Assembly: GCA_028534125.1 (NCBI GenBank)
Contig: CM052837.1
Location: forward strand, 36,332,001 to 36,396,000
Direction: 5' to 3'
Length of the DNA stretch: 64,000 nt
DNA from: Lama glama
Lineage: Eukaryota
Of the stretch, positions 1 through 15,724 are shown piece after piece. A model generated the notes under the pieces. The model made no database searches. It saw only the letters and a program-made list of their open reading frames with translations, and was not told where the DNA came from. Within the stretch, counting starts at the first letter, position 1. Every line of letters starts with the position of its first letter. A program made the position numbers and the translations under genes.

Positions 1-219
1 CCGATTCCTACTAAGAAGGGGAGTGTCTACTGAGAGAGACACGGGCGACTTGACTATGCTGCGTATCCTTACAGCTCACTGTCCTTTTCCCCAAACAGTG
101 ACGCCTAATGACTCCCCAGCTCCCGTAAAGCCCAGGTCATGGATACACAGCTCACGGGTGCACGTGCTATCATAGGACCAGGCCAGCCCCCGGCAGCACA
201 AAGCCCCTCCGTTTCGTCA

Positions 220-351
<132 letters not shown>

Positions 352-731
352 CTAGGGGAAAAAGACACCGTGACACCGCTGTCTCGGCACAAAGGCCCCC
401 CAGAACCCACCGTGAACAAAACACACAACGTTCCAAACAATGTGCTTTTAGCAAAGGGACGAGATTAAGCCCACATTCTGGTCATCTGTAATTCAGGTCA
501 TAAAGGAGGCCAGCCAGGGGCTCCCAGCGTCCCCGCCGTGCTGCGGTGCTTCCACTCTTGGGCCAGAGCCGCGCCGCCGCGCTCAGCAGGGCCACCGGGA
601 GGAATCCTGACAGCAGGTACATTCTGGCCACACGCTGGCTCACGATGACTAGGATTTCGCCAGAGTGGGGGTTTTTTTGTCCCCTCCCAACTGCTCGGTG
701 ACTGGTCATATCATCGTATCATTTCCCTCTA

Positions 732-1100
<369 letters not shown>

Positions 1101-1649
1101 TCAGCCATGGAAGCCAGCAAAGATGCTAAAGCCGGTCCTCCAAGACCCGGCACTGGGGTCATTCTCAGTGACCTGCAGTGGAACCACCAGCCTCCACAAG
1201 CCTCTCTGAGAAAGTCGGGTGTACCAGGCGCCATGTGGGTCAGACTGTAAACACACTCATCCTCCCACAAGGTAAGTCAACCTCTAGTTCAGATGAACCA
1301 GGGTCTCCCTGCTGAGGCGTGAACCGAGTGAAGCCACGTGGTGTGCAAACACACTGCTGTCACGCTCTGCCTCCCGGCACAGTCGGCCATGGAAGCCCAC
1401 CCTTCCTCCCGACTGACCGCCACGAGGCGACGGCACAGACTCCGTCCTGGGGGTGTTTGTTGACTTAGCCCCTGTGCTGCAGCCACCTGGGGAGGAGGGA
1501 CCCCCCCCAAGAATCTGTGGCCAACCCTTTTCTTTTAAAGGCAAATTCATTTCTTTTAAGTGATTTCAGTTCACTCAGTTTACATGTCCCCCAACAGCCT
1601 TTCCACCAGGTTAGCCTCCAGAGCACCTGAGCGCTGGCTGCAGACTCAC

Positions 1650-1776
1650 CCGCGAACGCCATGCAGACATTGTCATCCAGAGCACAGATCTTCCGCACGG
1701 TTCTCTCATCCTGAAGTTTGGCCACTGACTTCTTCTCCACACCAAGAACAACAATGTCTTTTCCTCGAACACCAAC
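1650..1776 (-). CDS. PSMA7: PSMA7 exon 2
   Basis: [42 protein letters not shown]; aag/gtgagt; 127 nt. Confidence 0.97.
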
Positions 1777-1979
1777 CTTCAATGAATACCAACACGGCAC
1801 TTCAGGAAGTGACATGGGGTTCTGCCACCAGGCACAGAGCACGAGGAGTGGGTGTAGCAGATGTCAGCATGGTCCTGGGAACACCCTAGGGATCGTGATG
1901 CAACTGCCTAGTCCCGTGCCTTAACCTACAACACCGATACGCAGGTTCAGTTACAACACAACTGAGAAGTAACTACTGC

Positions 1980-2085
1980 TTATAACAACCTGTGATGAGA
2001 AAGAAATACACAGACGTGTATAACTGAATCACTGTGCTATACCCTGGAAACACAACACTGCTAATCAACTAGGAGTCAATTAAAA
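1980..2085 (+). mobile_element. 5'-truncated L1 3' tail
   Basis: gtataactgaatcactgtgctataccctggaaacacaacactg resembles the artiodactyl L1 3' end; flanked by direct repeat taactactgc (target-site duplication). Confidence 0.7.
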
Positions 2086-2485
2086 GAACTAACTACTGCA
2101 GAGTCAGTGTGCCTATGTATCCCTTTGACCCAGTGAACCAGAGTCCAAGGAAGGGCCTTTACACCGGAGTCCCTAACACTGAAATTGGATATTCTTAAAG
2201 CAGTGTTGCTGTGGCCGTGAAATTATACCAAAACCCACCCCACTCTCTCCTGCGGTTTTGAAACCAGTGTGTACAGCTGTGGGGGAGGGCCCGACGCGGC
2301 ATCAGGTGGACAAGGTATTACTGTTACTGGGAGGCCAAGAGCTCTCTGCTTATGGCTGATCCTGCAGAGAAGGACGCACTAAAACATGGGAAAAGTCACC
2401 GACTGCCACTTAACCCCCCAAGCGAGGCAGCAGCAGACACAAATGAGGCCACCACGGAGCACAGCAGCATCCCCTTAGTTTAGGG

Positions 2486-2660
2486 CAGGGCTTCTCAGCC
2501 TCAGCACAGGGGCATCGGGGCTGGCCAGCTCTTTGATCTGAGGGCTGTCCCAGAGCAATGAGCACCGCGGGAGGACTGGCGGCATTCTGGCTCCACCTCT
2601 AGAAGTCTCCACGTGCTGCCAGACGCCCCCTGGGGTGCAGAGAAGCACTGGCTGGCAGCA
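2486..2660 (+). mobile_element. MER20-like hAT DNA transposon relic
   Basis: cagggcttctcagcctcagcac...gggctgtcc...tgccagacgccccctggggt...gagaagcactg resembles MER20. Confidence 0.55.
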
Positions 2661-3227
2661 TTTCAGATTTCAAGGAACTCTGAACTAACTCTCGTCTTCA
2701 AAGTTCCCAAGGGAAAGAAGGCCAGGCCGGAGACACTAGCTGCGTTAAGCAAAAGCAGCAATTGTAGTTGGCCCAAGAGAGTATGGGGGAGCAGGGGGTG
2801 GCAGCTGACTCCTCCAGCAGTCTCTAAGCTGAGGTAGGTCACAAGATGGATTTGAGGCCTTAATTTCAAAACATGCAAGAAATTAGAAGACTTCAAAATT
2901 CACAGAATCGTGTTTTCTCTCTGTCCACTCAAACCTCTGAAGTACCAGGTTAAAGAACACTATCACACTGTTTGCAATAAGCAAGCTGACAAGTGTCTTG
3001 AAGACATCATGTATTTAAATTTCAGACGGCGGTCTCAGTAAGGCCAGTGGGTCGGGCGCGCCGCCGCGGCGGGGGAGCACCCAGCGCAGTCAGCCCGGGG
3101 GGGCCCTGTCAGCAGCGCCAGGCTGCCGGCGCCCTTTGTTCTCCAAGCCGACCTGGACGTCGAGGACAACTGCCTTCCCAGTGGGGCAAGTGCCCGAAAT
3201 AGGCGCTGTCCAGACGCGGGTCGCCTA

Positions 3228-4856
<1,629 letters not shown>

Positions 4857-5779
4857 CTACCCGCGGGGTGGTGTCGGAGAGGTGGTGTCCGCGAAGCCAA
4901 TTCGGGAACAATCCTGGGCCGCGCCGGGCACAGTGGTGACTCGTCGCCTTTGGGACCAGGAGCCGTGGGCAGGGGCGCAGGGCGGCGGGACTCGGCGCCC
5001 GCAAGGTGGTGTCCGCAGGCCGCCCCGCGCGCAAAGGGGACCGACCTGGCTGGCCTAAGAGGTGGCGCAGCGCGGTGGGCGGCCCCGGTCCCTGCGCGAA
5101 GCTTGACTGGTGGAGGGGGCACGGGGCGAAGGGGCCAGCAGCCGGCCACGCCTGTCGCCTTACTCTGGTGCTGGCACTCCGAGGCACAAAGGGGCGCATC
5201 CAGAGTATGGTACGCCGTTCCAGCAGCTCCGCAGCTCTCTAAGGAGCGTGCCACACTTCGGGGCGACCTGCTGGTGAGCGTGACACCTGACCAGCCTCCT
5301 CACCTAACAAACTTTACAGATTCGCTTTACAGCCTTGCCCGCCTTCTGCAAGTTTGGCTTTGTGGTTTTCTAGAGATAACCTTCAGGTGGGTTTGGGGAC
5401 ATCTTTATCAGAAGCCTTGAATTTTGAAATTGAGGTTTTAAATTTTCTACTATTTCTCTTTATAAGACAGGCTCAGAAGAAAGTGGATGTTAGTCATTCT
5501 TGCTTCGATTTTCTCAGTGTCTTTGGTAGCTACATGACTTTCTTTCTAATCTAGAATTCGTGGGATCGTGGGCAGTAGTATTTGGTTTCCAGGAGCCTCT
5601 TATTTCCCCCAGGGATTCATGATGACTTGCCAGGACCTGGTGGACTTGTCTTCAGCCTCTTGCCTGTTTTGAGACTATTTTGCTGTGACTGGTTTTACAA
5701 ACGAGGAGCCTCAGTAAACTCAAAATAGGAAAAAGATGGTTTGAGAAGCAGCAGAGATACAGGTTTGAAAGTGGGGCAT

Positions 5780-5990
5780 TTTTATTTGTTTAGTCAACAC
5801 GTACGTGGTGCTCACTGCAGACCAGGCACTGTTCTAAGGCTTTGCAGATCTCAATTCATTTAATTCCTCAGGTTAGTTACTAACCATCATCCCCACTTTA
5901 TAGATAAGGACACTGAGGTATAGGGAGGCTGAGCGCCTGCTGGTAAGTGATGGAGCCAGGAGTCAAACCCAGACAGTGGCTGGAGGGCCT
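5780..5990 (-). mobile_element. L2 tail plus MIR SINE
   Basis: ccaggcactgttctaag...catccccactttatagataaggacactgagg...ggagccaggagtcaaacccag matches the MIR core. Confidence 0.65.
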
Positions 5991-6814
5991 ACCCTCACAG
6001 TGACGCTCGGTTTGGGCCTCTTGGTGAGGCAGAGGGTCTGGTGTGTGGCTCAGCCGCACATGTTAGCAGCACTAAGGTCCTCGGTGAGTCCTGGCTCTCT
6101 GCAGCTTAGCTATGAAGAACACAGTTGCGTTCCTGAGGTCACCTTGGCGTCAACATCCTTCCAGTTATTTGCACTTTGCACCCACCCCCTATTAAAGCTC
6201 CCAGATTCTCCAGGCAAAACTGCAGTAGAGCGCTGCTTCCAAACATCAGATCAGAAAGACTGCACCCCGGAGCCGAAAATCTGCCTGATGGCTGTTGAAA
6301 TGGGCCTTCCGCCCAGGCTGTCATCTGGTTTGACCCGATAGGGTTGGCAGTCTGTGGACTCACCTTGGTGTTTTGACACTGAACGTGTGTACCCAGGACT
6401 CTTTACTGGCAGGCTGAGGGGATGTGAGAGGTATGTGTTCTACACTCACGGGAGCTGTGTCCACACCACGTGCTCATACTCAGAGTGTTGAGAAAAGTGA
6501 GGAGTTCCTCGGAAGCCTGCTTGGTAGTGAAAGAGCAGGAAGTAGACTCTTGTCCTTAGAGTATATCTGGATAAGAGTGTGCCGGGCAAACTCCTACTGA
6601 ACCTTCAAGGCCCCACTCAAATGTCCCCTCCTCATGCCCCCTTGGCAGTCGTGTGGTGCGTACAGCACTTTGACACATTGCTTGGGCTCCCAAATTTTCA
6701 TGTTGCTGACCTGTACTTGTGCGTCCCCAGCCGGCACAATGTCTGGCACAGGTAGTGCCCAGGACACGCTGGAGCGTCTGTGACACTGGTTCTGTCAGCA
6801 GGGGTGCCTCGGAT

Positions 6815-7255
6815 AGGTAGATGAGTTCTGCCATAACAGAGAACCACAAACGGGGTGGTTTCAAACAGCAGAAAGGTACTGTCTTAAAGGTCTGGGGGCC
6901 AGAAGTCCAAAGCGCAGGTGCTGGCAGGGTGGTTCCGTTCTGGGGTTCTGAGGGACGACTTGTACCGCGCTCTTCTCTGGGCTTCTGGTGGTTGCTACAG
7001 TCCTTGGAGCTCCTTGGCTTGTAGACACATCACCCCTTCTCTGCCTCCATCTCCACGTGGCTGTCTCCCTGTGTGTGTCTCTGTCCAGTGTCCCTCTTCT
7101 CACAGGGACACCAGTTACAGGGCCCACCCTTGTCAAGTGTGGCCTCGGTTCCGCTTGATTAAATTTGCAGAGACCTGATTTCCATATTAGGCCACCATCA
7201 CAGATACTGGGAGTCAGGACCTGAATGTGTCATTTTGAGGGACACAATTTAACCT
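6815..7255. mobile_element. MLT1 (ERVL-MaLR) LTR
   Basis: gccataacagagaaccacaaacggggtggtttcaaacagcagaaa...ccagaagtccaa...cagatactgggagtcaggac is typical MLT1. Confidence 0.75.
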
Positions 7256-8513
7256 GTAAGAGAGGACATGTGGGGCTTGGGGTGTTCCAGACAAAGAGAA
7301 CCAAGGAGCAGGGGCAGGAAGGGTCTGGAAGTTCAGGGGAGTCCCGAGGGGTCCCCTCTGTGGTCTGCAGGGAGCAGGTACAGGCAGCAAGACCGGCAGG
7401 GCCTGCGGAGCCAGGGCTGAGCGCTAAGGTGCTTCAGCTTGTGGCCAAGCACAGTGTTCGTGTGGTGACACGCAGGTGAAACTGTGCTCTGGTGAGAACC
7501 CCCGGGGCCGTGACTTTGCTGGAGCACGTAGGATGGAGATGGGCAGTGTCCCAGCAACCGCCGGTGGCCCCGTAGCAGGCGGGGACTTGCCCTGCACTGC
7601 TCTCCTCCGGTGTGGGGCTGTGCTCGCAGCGTGACTGGTGGGCCACGTAGCTGGGCTGGGCACACTGGAGGGCCCCCGGTGCCTCTTTGCTGCTTGGCGC
7701 ATAGTAGGTGCTTGATAGGTGTAAGTTTTATTGTTATTGTTTGTATCAGATTCCTTGGTTTGTCTCCTTGGCCAGAGGGTGGGAGTGGTGTTTTGTCCGT
7801 CTAAATTCACCGCGTACGGGGGCGGGCTCCATGGGAGCTGACAGACGGGTGGGCGCCCGGCGTGTTCGCTGGCTCGGGTCTGGTATAGGAGAGCGAGACC
7901 AGCAGGGCACATGCTCTGCCCCCGCGTCCTCTGTGCCAGGGGCAGGGGCGGGGGGCACAGGGGTGACGGATGGCCGCTGGGTCGGGGGATGGATCCCCTG
8001 TGCATTCTCAGACCTGGAGTCTATTGTCTTAAAGAACATGGGCTAATTTGTAAGGGGGGTGAGTTGGCCATTTTAAAATTAGAGCCGTCTCATGACTGGG
8101 AATGGTGTGGGGACTCTGAGCCTCCCATTAACTTGGCTGATTGACTAGTTTCCGGCAGTTGTCACCGGAAGCGCTTTCTTCCCAGTGAGCAGAGGCCTGG
8201 GAGGATCCCCAGGGATGGGAGGGTGTGTCCCCTCACTCCGGTCCTTGGGGCCAGCCCTGGGGAGGGTGGGGATGGGACCCCGGGAGCAGCAGGGGGACCC
8301 AGCCAGGGGCTGTCTGCTGCTCTTGGTGGGCTTCCTTGTGCTGGGAGTGCCGCCCTGAGCGCACCTCGACCAGAGCTGTAGAGGCTGTGAGCGCAGCCCC
8401 TGCAAGTGGGGAAGTGCATTCTCCAGGAGGGGACAGCCCCCCAAGTCAGACCTGGAGTCAGACCTGACCGTAGCCCTCCTGAGTGCACTCCTGCAGAGCA
8501 GGCATTGTCCGGG

Positions 8514-8528
8514 GGCCCTCTGGTGGCA
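8514..8528 (-). promoter_or_regulatory. Candidate CTCF site
   Basis: Reverse complement TGCCACCAGAGGGCC matches the CTCF core. Confidence 0.4.
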
Positions 8529-11500
8529 GATGGAAGCATCTGGGTAAAGTGCAGCCTCCCCAGCCAGAGCAGTCGCCTGCCTCCTCCAGGGGCTGGCTGA
8601 CTCCCCTTAGCAGCTGTGTGTGGAGTCTGGAGGAGGGAGGGGACAGCAGCCAGGTGACACTCACTTGCAGGTGTCCCCACTGGTGCTCTCCTCGTGGCCC
8701 CCCGCTCTCTGCCCCTAACATGCTGCCCTGGCCTGTGAGGGCCTGGGCACCAGCCTCCGTGCTGGGAGTCAGAGGGCAGCTTCCCTGCGGTCCCCGGGCT
8801 GTGAATAGGGGCTGCGCGCCCACCCTCTCAGTGCAGGAGTGAGGGGGGCCTGGCGCTGATGACCACAGGCTGCGCAGGACCTGGGCAGAGTCGGGCCAGT
8901 GTGGTCTCCGGATCAGCACCACCACGACAGCTCACCTGCCTGTGCAGGGGCTCCAGGGAGGAGGTCTGGATGCCATGTCCCGTTCCACTTGGCTGGCCGG
9001 GCTCCCGAGCAGATGGGCACCGCTCACGTTTCCTTCCGGTGCGGGGCTGGGGGGGGCAGTGGCCCCTTGAGTCAAGGGTGGGCGTGGAATCCCGTGGAGC
9101 TGGGGGGGGCGCTTCCTGGGCTCAGAGTCTCGTTCAGCTGATAGCGTTACCCAGCCCAGCCTCACCATGCCTCAGCTTCCTCGGTTCAAAGAGGGCGGTG
9201 CCACCATCTCCTCACCAGCTGCACCTGTGGTTAAACGTCCAGGAAGGCGCCCAGCCTTGTAACTGACTCGGCCTTTTGATCGGATCGGACACTTGACCAG
9301 GATGGATGAGCACGTTCTGAAAGGGAGGTGATTCCAAACTGCAGGAGCCCATGTGAGTCCGGGGCCATGTGAAGAGGCGAAGGAAGCCGAGCTTGGCCTC
9401 TGCCCGGACTCCTTGTGGGCTGGGCAGCAATGACCAGCGATGATGAGCGCCCGGGCGCTGGAGACAGGAGGTGACTCCCACAGAAGGAAGGTGGGCGTGT
9501 CTGCTGATGCACTGATGTTAACACGTCTTATTGTGTCCTTAGAGTCCTTGGAAATTGAACACGTGTGTCAGTCACAGAGGTAGGCCCCCAGGGCAGGGGC
9601 CAGCCCCTCCCAGGGACACCGTGCGTGTAAGGTTTGGGCCTTACGCCTTAACGCCCACGTCATGTGTTCTCCAGTCAGGCAAACGTTCCAAGGGGTCCTG
9701 TCGGCTTCCCTCAGCAGAGTCTGTGGCACCGGTGGGTGGTGGCTGCGCGGTGCCTGGGGAAAGGAGCCCTGATCAGTCAGCCATGTTTGCCCCAAGAGGA
9801 GGCAGGGGAGGAGGGGGCACACAAGCCAAGTGCTGGCTCAGCCACCTGGTGACACTGCACAGCTGCCAGTCAGCGCCGGGCTCCTCCTTTCGCGGCTCCT
9901 AGGGGTTACCTCGCGTCGAGTCCATCCCATACGTGGAGGACACACACTGCGGCCTTGATTGTAGCCACAGAAGCCAGAGACCAACTGGACACCATATGTA
10001 TGTTCATATCGTGGAATTCTCTGGAGCTTAGGAAACAGTCGGTGGGGAGGGTCTTTATGGTAGATACAGGACACTCCAGGACATCAGGGAGGACAAGGGC
10101 CAGGGGAGACCAGCGGGACGGGAATGTTCCAGGTGTACGGACACAGGGGTCGGGGGATGCTTCCAGGAGGCGCCGAGGCTGGCGCGAGTGGCGGCCTCGG
10201 AGGCGAGGTGGGAGGCTCGCCTTTCCTGCGGGGCTACCCGGTCTCTGGCACGTCCGCGGACCTCTTCCCACTTGAACAGCAGCAGTCTTTGTTAATTACA
10301 GGAACGTCCACAAGGACATGGTGAGGGGACTTCCTGCCCATCGTGGGATGACCTGAGCCCCCCTCGGCAGTGAGCCTCAGGGCCCCTCTTCCAGGGCCAC
10401 ATCCCGGTTGTCATGGGGGGCCATTTCCCCTTCACACATCCTCACCCAGGTTTCCACCACTCTCTTTGTGGGCTCTGGGACCCCACTCCCTTCCCTCCCC
10501 AGTTCTCTGTCATCCTCACTCCCTCACCCACACCATCAGGACCCTACGTGTCCCCCGTGCCCAGCCCTTCCTCTCTGCCTGCGAGGCCTTACTGCCAGGC
10601 AGGGCCCACAGTAGGCAGAGCTCAGGCCCTCTGTGCCCCGTCATTCACCGGTTCCCTTGCAGCTAAGTCCAGTTCCTTGTAAAGCCTCATGGGAGAAACA
10701 GCAGCCAAGGAATAACATCTGGCTCTGTGTCCCGTGTTCCCACCCCAACGTGGGTGCTGGGCTTGGCTTCAGGACGCTCTGACCGCTGAGATGTCAGCCA
10801 GCCTAACCCGGCCGAGGCTTGGTAAGCACCTGCACTGGGGCTGCCCTCTTAGAGCCCTGCGACCACCAGGATGACCAGGTGGAGGAGGCCCTGACCTGAT
10901 CCCAGAGGTGAGCCCATGTGAGACTTGCAGCAGACCTGCTCAGATGGCCCCAAGCTAAGAAGTTTTCATTACTGCATGTGGGGATGTTTGTTACACAGCA
11001 GTGGGTAATAGATATGCCTGTGTATGTTGTGACTTTGTTCATATCAGCCTCTGCAGTCAGCCCAGAATGCAGTTCAGAAGGTCACCCTCACTCTGGTTGG
11101 CTCAGGACTCCCTTTCCCCTAACTGCCCCATAGCTCCATGTCTCTGACATGCCATACCCTCTTACCCAGTTCCCAGAACTTCTCTCCAGTTTTGGATGTG
11201 CCTGCTCTGCCAGGCCTCTGCCTGTGCTCTGCCCTGCACCTGGGCTGTCCTTCCATCTCCACCTATGCGCTCCTGGTCCGCTCTCCCGCTAAGGCTTGGA
11301 CGGCATCCCTGGGTGTCCCCCGCTGCCAAGATCATATTCACCAAGCTGCCACCTTGTGGCACCAAGCAGACATGTGTCCACGTCCGTCTCTCCCTGCTGC
11401 TGGTGCCACCATGAGCAAGAGTGGGATCTCGCCACCTCCTTGTCGAATTCGCCAAGGCCTGGGACAGGCCTTCTGAGATGGGATCTCACCACTTCTCGCC

Positions 11501-11618
11501 GCCTGGCCCTCGATGCTGAGCTCCATATGGCAGTACCACTTCCTCCACTAACTGCCCCCAACATCCTCGCCTCCAGAGGCCGTGAGCCATGCCTGGCATT
11601 TGGGTTTCAGCCCTCACA

Positions 11619-12118
11619 NNNNNNNNNNNNNNNNNNNNNNNNNNNNNNNNNNNNNNNNNNNNNNNNNNNNNNNNNNNNNNNNNNNNNNNNNNNNNNNNNN
11701 NNNNNNNNNNNNNNNNNNNNNNNNNNNNNNNNNNNNNNNNNNNNNNNNNNNNNNNNNNNNNNNNNNNNNNNNNNNNNNNNNNNNNNNNNNNNNNNNNNNN
11801 NNNNNNNNNNNNNNNNNNNNNNNNNNNNNNNNNNNNNNNNNNNNNNNNNNNNNNNNNNNNNNNNNNNNNNNNNNNNNNNNNNNNNNNNNNNNNNNNNNNN
11901 NNNNNNNNNNNNNNNNNNNNNNNNNNNNNNNNNNNNNNNNNNNNNNNNNNNNNNNNNNNNNNNNNNNNNNNNNNNNNNNNNNNNNNNNNNNNNNNNNNNN
12001 NNNNNNNNNNNNNNNNNNNNNNNNNNNNNNNNNNNNNNNNNNNNNNNNNNNNNNNNNNNNNNNNNNNNNNNNNNNNNNNNNNNNNNNNNNNNNNNNNNNN
12101 NNNNNNNNNNNNNNNNNN
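11619..12118. other. Assembly gap (500 N)
   Basis: Run of N within SS18L1 intron 1. Confidence 0.99.
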
Positions 12119-12446
12119 ATGGTGCTCCGTGCAGGATCGCAGGATCACTCTTCTTGCCCAGTCTTTCACTTTCCCTGGAGTGGGCAATCTCACTTTGCTT
12201 TTCATCACTTCTCCCTAGTTTATCCTGGACGTTCTTCCCTGGAGCCTCTTCAGCTCAGGTGTCCTGTCGGGATCATTGTCTCAGGGCTGCTCTTCTTGGG
12301 CCTCCACGGGTCTCCCTCCATCATGGTGGAGCTTCTTTTGGCTTCTGTGTTGGTCTGAGATCCTCCCTTTTTGCCGTTTGCGCCCTTGTCTTGGGCCACA
12401 TCCTGTCGTAGATTCCCGAGAGAAGGTGTATGGGATGTGAACCTTT

Positions 12447-12638
12447 TCTTTTTCCTTTTTCAGTTTGAGCCTTTTTTAAAAAAATCTCTTTAACATTTTG
12501 GGGGTATTATTTATTTATTTGCTTGGGGGAGGTGATTAGGTTGGCTTGTTTGTTTGTTTAATGGAGGTCCTGGGGATTGAACCCAGGACCTTGTGCATGC
12601 TAAGCACGCGCTCCACCACGGAGCTACACTCTCCCTCT
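12447..12638 (-). mobile_element. tRNA-derived SINE (camelid Vic-1-like)
   Basis: Minus-strand head gtgtagctccgtggtggagcgcgtgcttagcatgcacaaggtcctgggttcaatcccc with Pol III A/B boxes and an A-rich tail; target-site duplication ggga(tg/ca)tgaaccttt. Confidence 0.85.
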
Positions 12639-13137
12639 GGGACATGAACCTTTAAAAGGGTTCCTGTATGCTCTTCACCTGGATTCCCCAGCTTAACACA
12701 CTGCCTCATTTACTCTCCTCTCACCCTGCCCCACCTTGCCCTGTATATAAATACTGTTTTTGCTGGAAGTTGCAGACCTGAAACCTCTTTACTCCCAAAT
12801 GCTGAAGCATCACTTTCCTGCAAAGACATAACCGCAGTATAGTGATCGGAGTGTGGGAGCCGAAATGGATACGGTGCTGTTATCTGCCGTGCAGGGCTCA
12901 ATCTGAGTCCCCATTTGCCCCAGTGATGTGCTTCATGGTACATGGAACTCCCACATCACGTATGTTCAGTTTCCCGGTGGGGAACTCTCCTTCCATCTTC
13001 TTTGTCTTTAAAACTGACGTTTCAAAGGTGAGTTATTGTGCTCTTTCTGGGTGGAAGGTGAATTTTCCTTTTTGTGTTAAGTATGTTCATCCTACCCTGA
13101 CACTTAGTGTTTTGGCTGATGAAAGAGTTGGAGAGAA

Positions 13138-13875
13138 GTCTCCCCGGGGATCAGATTAATGTCCCTCGGGAGGTCCCCTTAGGGATTGCCTCACTTCTCC
13201 TCAGAGTACCCCCCAGGATCCAGTCCTCTCCCCTTCGGCAGTCACCCTCAGACAGAGGGCGTCATCTCTAAGTCTCCCCCAGGATCCAGTCCTCTCGCCT
13301 CAGAAAGTCTCCCTAGGGACTGGTCGTCCCTCCTTAAGCATTTTGCCTCAGGATGAGGCCATCTCTCCTCAGATTGTCTTCCTCGTGATCCTGTCAACAC
13401 TCCTGAGAAAGTCTCCCTCAGGATGAGGTCCTCCCACCTCAGAGACCTCCAGAAGGAGCAGGTCGTCACTCCTCGTGTTGTCTCCCTCAGGATCCCGTCA
13501 ACCTGCCTCAGAAAGTCTCCCCTGGAATTCAGTCTGCTCTCCTCACAGTCTCCTGCAGGACTGGGTCATCCCTGCTCTGACATTCTCTCTCAGGATGGGG
13601 TCATTTCTCCTCCAGAAATCTCCCTCGGGATCAACTCATGTCTCCTAGGATTGCCTCCCTCAGGATCCCGTCAACCCTCCCCTGAAGGTCTCCCTCAGGC
13701 TCAGGCCATTCTCTTCAGGATGTGTCCCTCGGGATCGGATTATTCCTCCTCAGAAGGCCTTTTTAACGAGGCGGTCACCTCTCCTTGGAAAATCTCCCGA
13801 CCCGGGATTCAGTCTGCCCTCCTGACGGAGCCTCCTCAGGACCCAGGCTTCCCAGGAAGTCTCCCTCAGGGTGGG
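13138..13875. repeat. Degenerate ~35-bp minisatellite, ~21 copies
   Basis: gtctccctcaggatcc(n)gtcatctctcctcagaaa-like unit recurring with ~35-bp period. Confidence 0.8.
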
Positions 13876-14084
13876 CTCGCTGCTGCCCCGGTGCCCAGGG
13901 CTTCTGTGCTGTGTGGGATGCTCGGTGACGCGGCTTCTGCTCCTTTCACTTCGAGGACCTTTCTGGGCCCCTGTGTGTCTGTCACGCTGGGCCTTTGAAT
14001 AGTTATTTCTGGATGACTTTATTTTTTCTGTCTTCTTAAAGTCCTGGAACAATTATTTTTGGCCACTTGGATGACTCTTCTAAT

Positions 14085-14540
14085 TTCATTGTGCTCCCGA
14101 ACCAAACTCGGGCCCCCTCCCCTGCACGCGGTGAAGCCAGCTCCACTGGTGCCGCGTTTGCTAAGGGGCCAGACGAGGAGAGCAGGCGGCTCAGGCTCAA
14201 GAAACCCGAACTTCCCGGAGCGTTTCAGCAACGCATTTTAAGGGCCAGGTGAGGGAGGGGGTCCCGGCTGCGCGCGGTTCTCCGAGTGGTTGATGGTGTG
14301 GTAACGGGCGGTGTCACAGATTAACATCCTCCGTCCTGAGGGGCCAGTAGGTCCGGGGGCTGCGTGCTCATGACCCCCGCGGTCATTTCTTCCATTTGGT
14401 GGTGGTTTCAGCATCTGAAAAACTCAGGAAACGTGCATCAGACGCTGTTCTCTGGGTGCTTCAGGGAGGAGTTAAGTGGAGGACGTGGGGGCGGGTCTGC
14501 CGGGGTTGGGGGGCAGGAGCGTCCTCCCGGCCTCGGCTGC
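14085..14540. mobile_element. ERV1-type solo LTR (probable)
   Basis: ggctcaagaaacccgaacttcccggagcgtttcagcaacgcattttaagggccaggtgaggg resembles laurasiatherian ERV1 LTRs. Confidence 0.5.
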
Positions 14541-15724
14541 CCTTTCTGTTTTCTGCCTGGCCTTTTGGGTCTAGGAGTTTCCTGCTATGTACTCCACCCC
14601 CTCTTTCCTCCTTTTTCTGTCTTGGTTGATACGTTCCAGGTACCCCAGAGCTCTCTTTGTTGTCTGCTGTGTTTAATAGCACCTTTTTTTAACCAGACAC
14701 AGTGAGTCCTTGCATCTTGGAGGACATTAACGGTAGTTAGGGTTCTCTTTTCTCTTGTATTTCAAGTCTCCTTCTTGCGTGGTCTTCGCCTCGCCCAGCG
14801 GTTGGCCTCCGTGGCTGGTTTTGGTTCATCTCATTTACAGGCTTCCCAGGAACGCTGGTGCGGGCCATCCGTCACCCTTGTTAGGGCCAGGGCGCTGGGT
14901 AAGAGGACACTGGGGCTTCACTGGGGGTGCCCTCCTGCCGTCAGTGTCCTGGCACTGGCCTCCCGGGCCGGTCATGTTCCCTGAGACGCCCCCGCCGTCC
15001 CCACGTCCCCCTCCTAGGCAGCTGTGGGGAGGGACCCAGAGTTTCCACCTTTCTGAGCTGGGGGGTCTCCACGGTGGCTCCAGCACCCTGGGCTTGCTGG
15101 CTCAGGTATGCGCTTGCGTTTGCTGCGGTTTCTAGGAGCCCGCTGCCTGCGCTGCCGTCTCAGGGCTGCTCTCTGTCCCCGTGAGCAGTTACCCTTCCCC
15201 CTGACTCACCAGGCGGGTCTGGGAGGGTTTGGAGGTCAGCACACACCCAGTGCGCCTCCTTCATTCAACTGGTCCTAAGTTCACTGAATCGTACTCTGTA
15301 CCTTGCTTTAAAGAAATCCTAACAGTGTAACACTTCCTTGTGCTTAAAAAATCTGTGAAAATGTCCGTAATGGCTGGTTAACATCTTCGTATGGCTTTAC
15401 TCTCGTGGCTTAAGGCACCCCGTCATTGACCATTTAAGTGTCCCCCTTTTTCTGAGCTTTACAAATGATACTGAAATGAACACCCTGTCCTTAAAACAAC
15501 ACGATGTGTGTCCTGGGGAGAGAGCCCGGCCGGACTGAGCCGAGGAAGCTGAGCCCTGGGGCATTCCCGGGAGGCTCTTGGAGGGGAGCGGAGACGGGCT
15601 TTTGCGGCCGTTTTCCTTTCTTATTAATCTGGGAAGCAGTCTTCCTGTGCAGACGGCGGGAATGGCCCCTTTGTGGGTTTAGGCACCTGTCCACAGGTGA
15701 ACTCCCCGGGCGGCTCCGGGCCCG

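Noticed and set aside
11296-12411. ORFs of 209-371 aa
   Set aside because: They run through the 500-N gap
12447-12638. tRNA-like A/B-box sequences (also ~23500, ~34760, ~43690) as tRNA genes
   Set aside because: They have A-rich tails, lie in introns or inside other repeats, and carry degenerate stems, so they are SINE heads
13138-13875. CRISPR-like repeat-spacer appearance and a 191-aa ORF
   Set aside because: Mammalian intron, the variable parts are homologous to each other, no cas genes, and the period is not a multiple of 3
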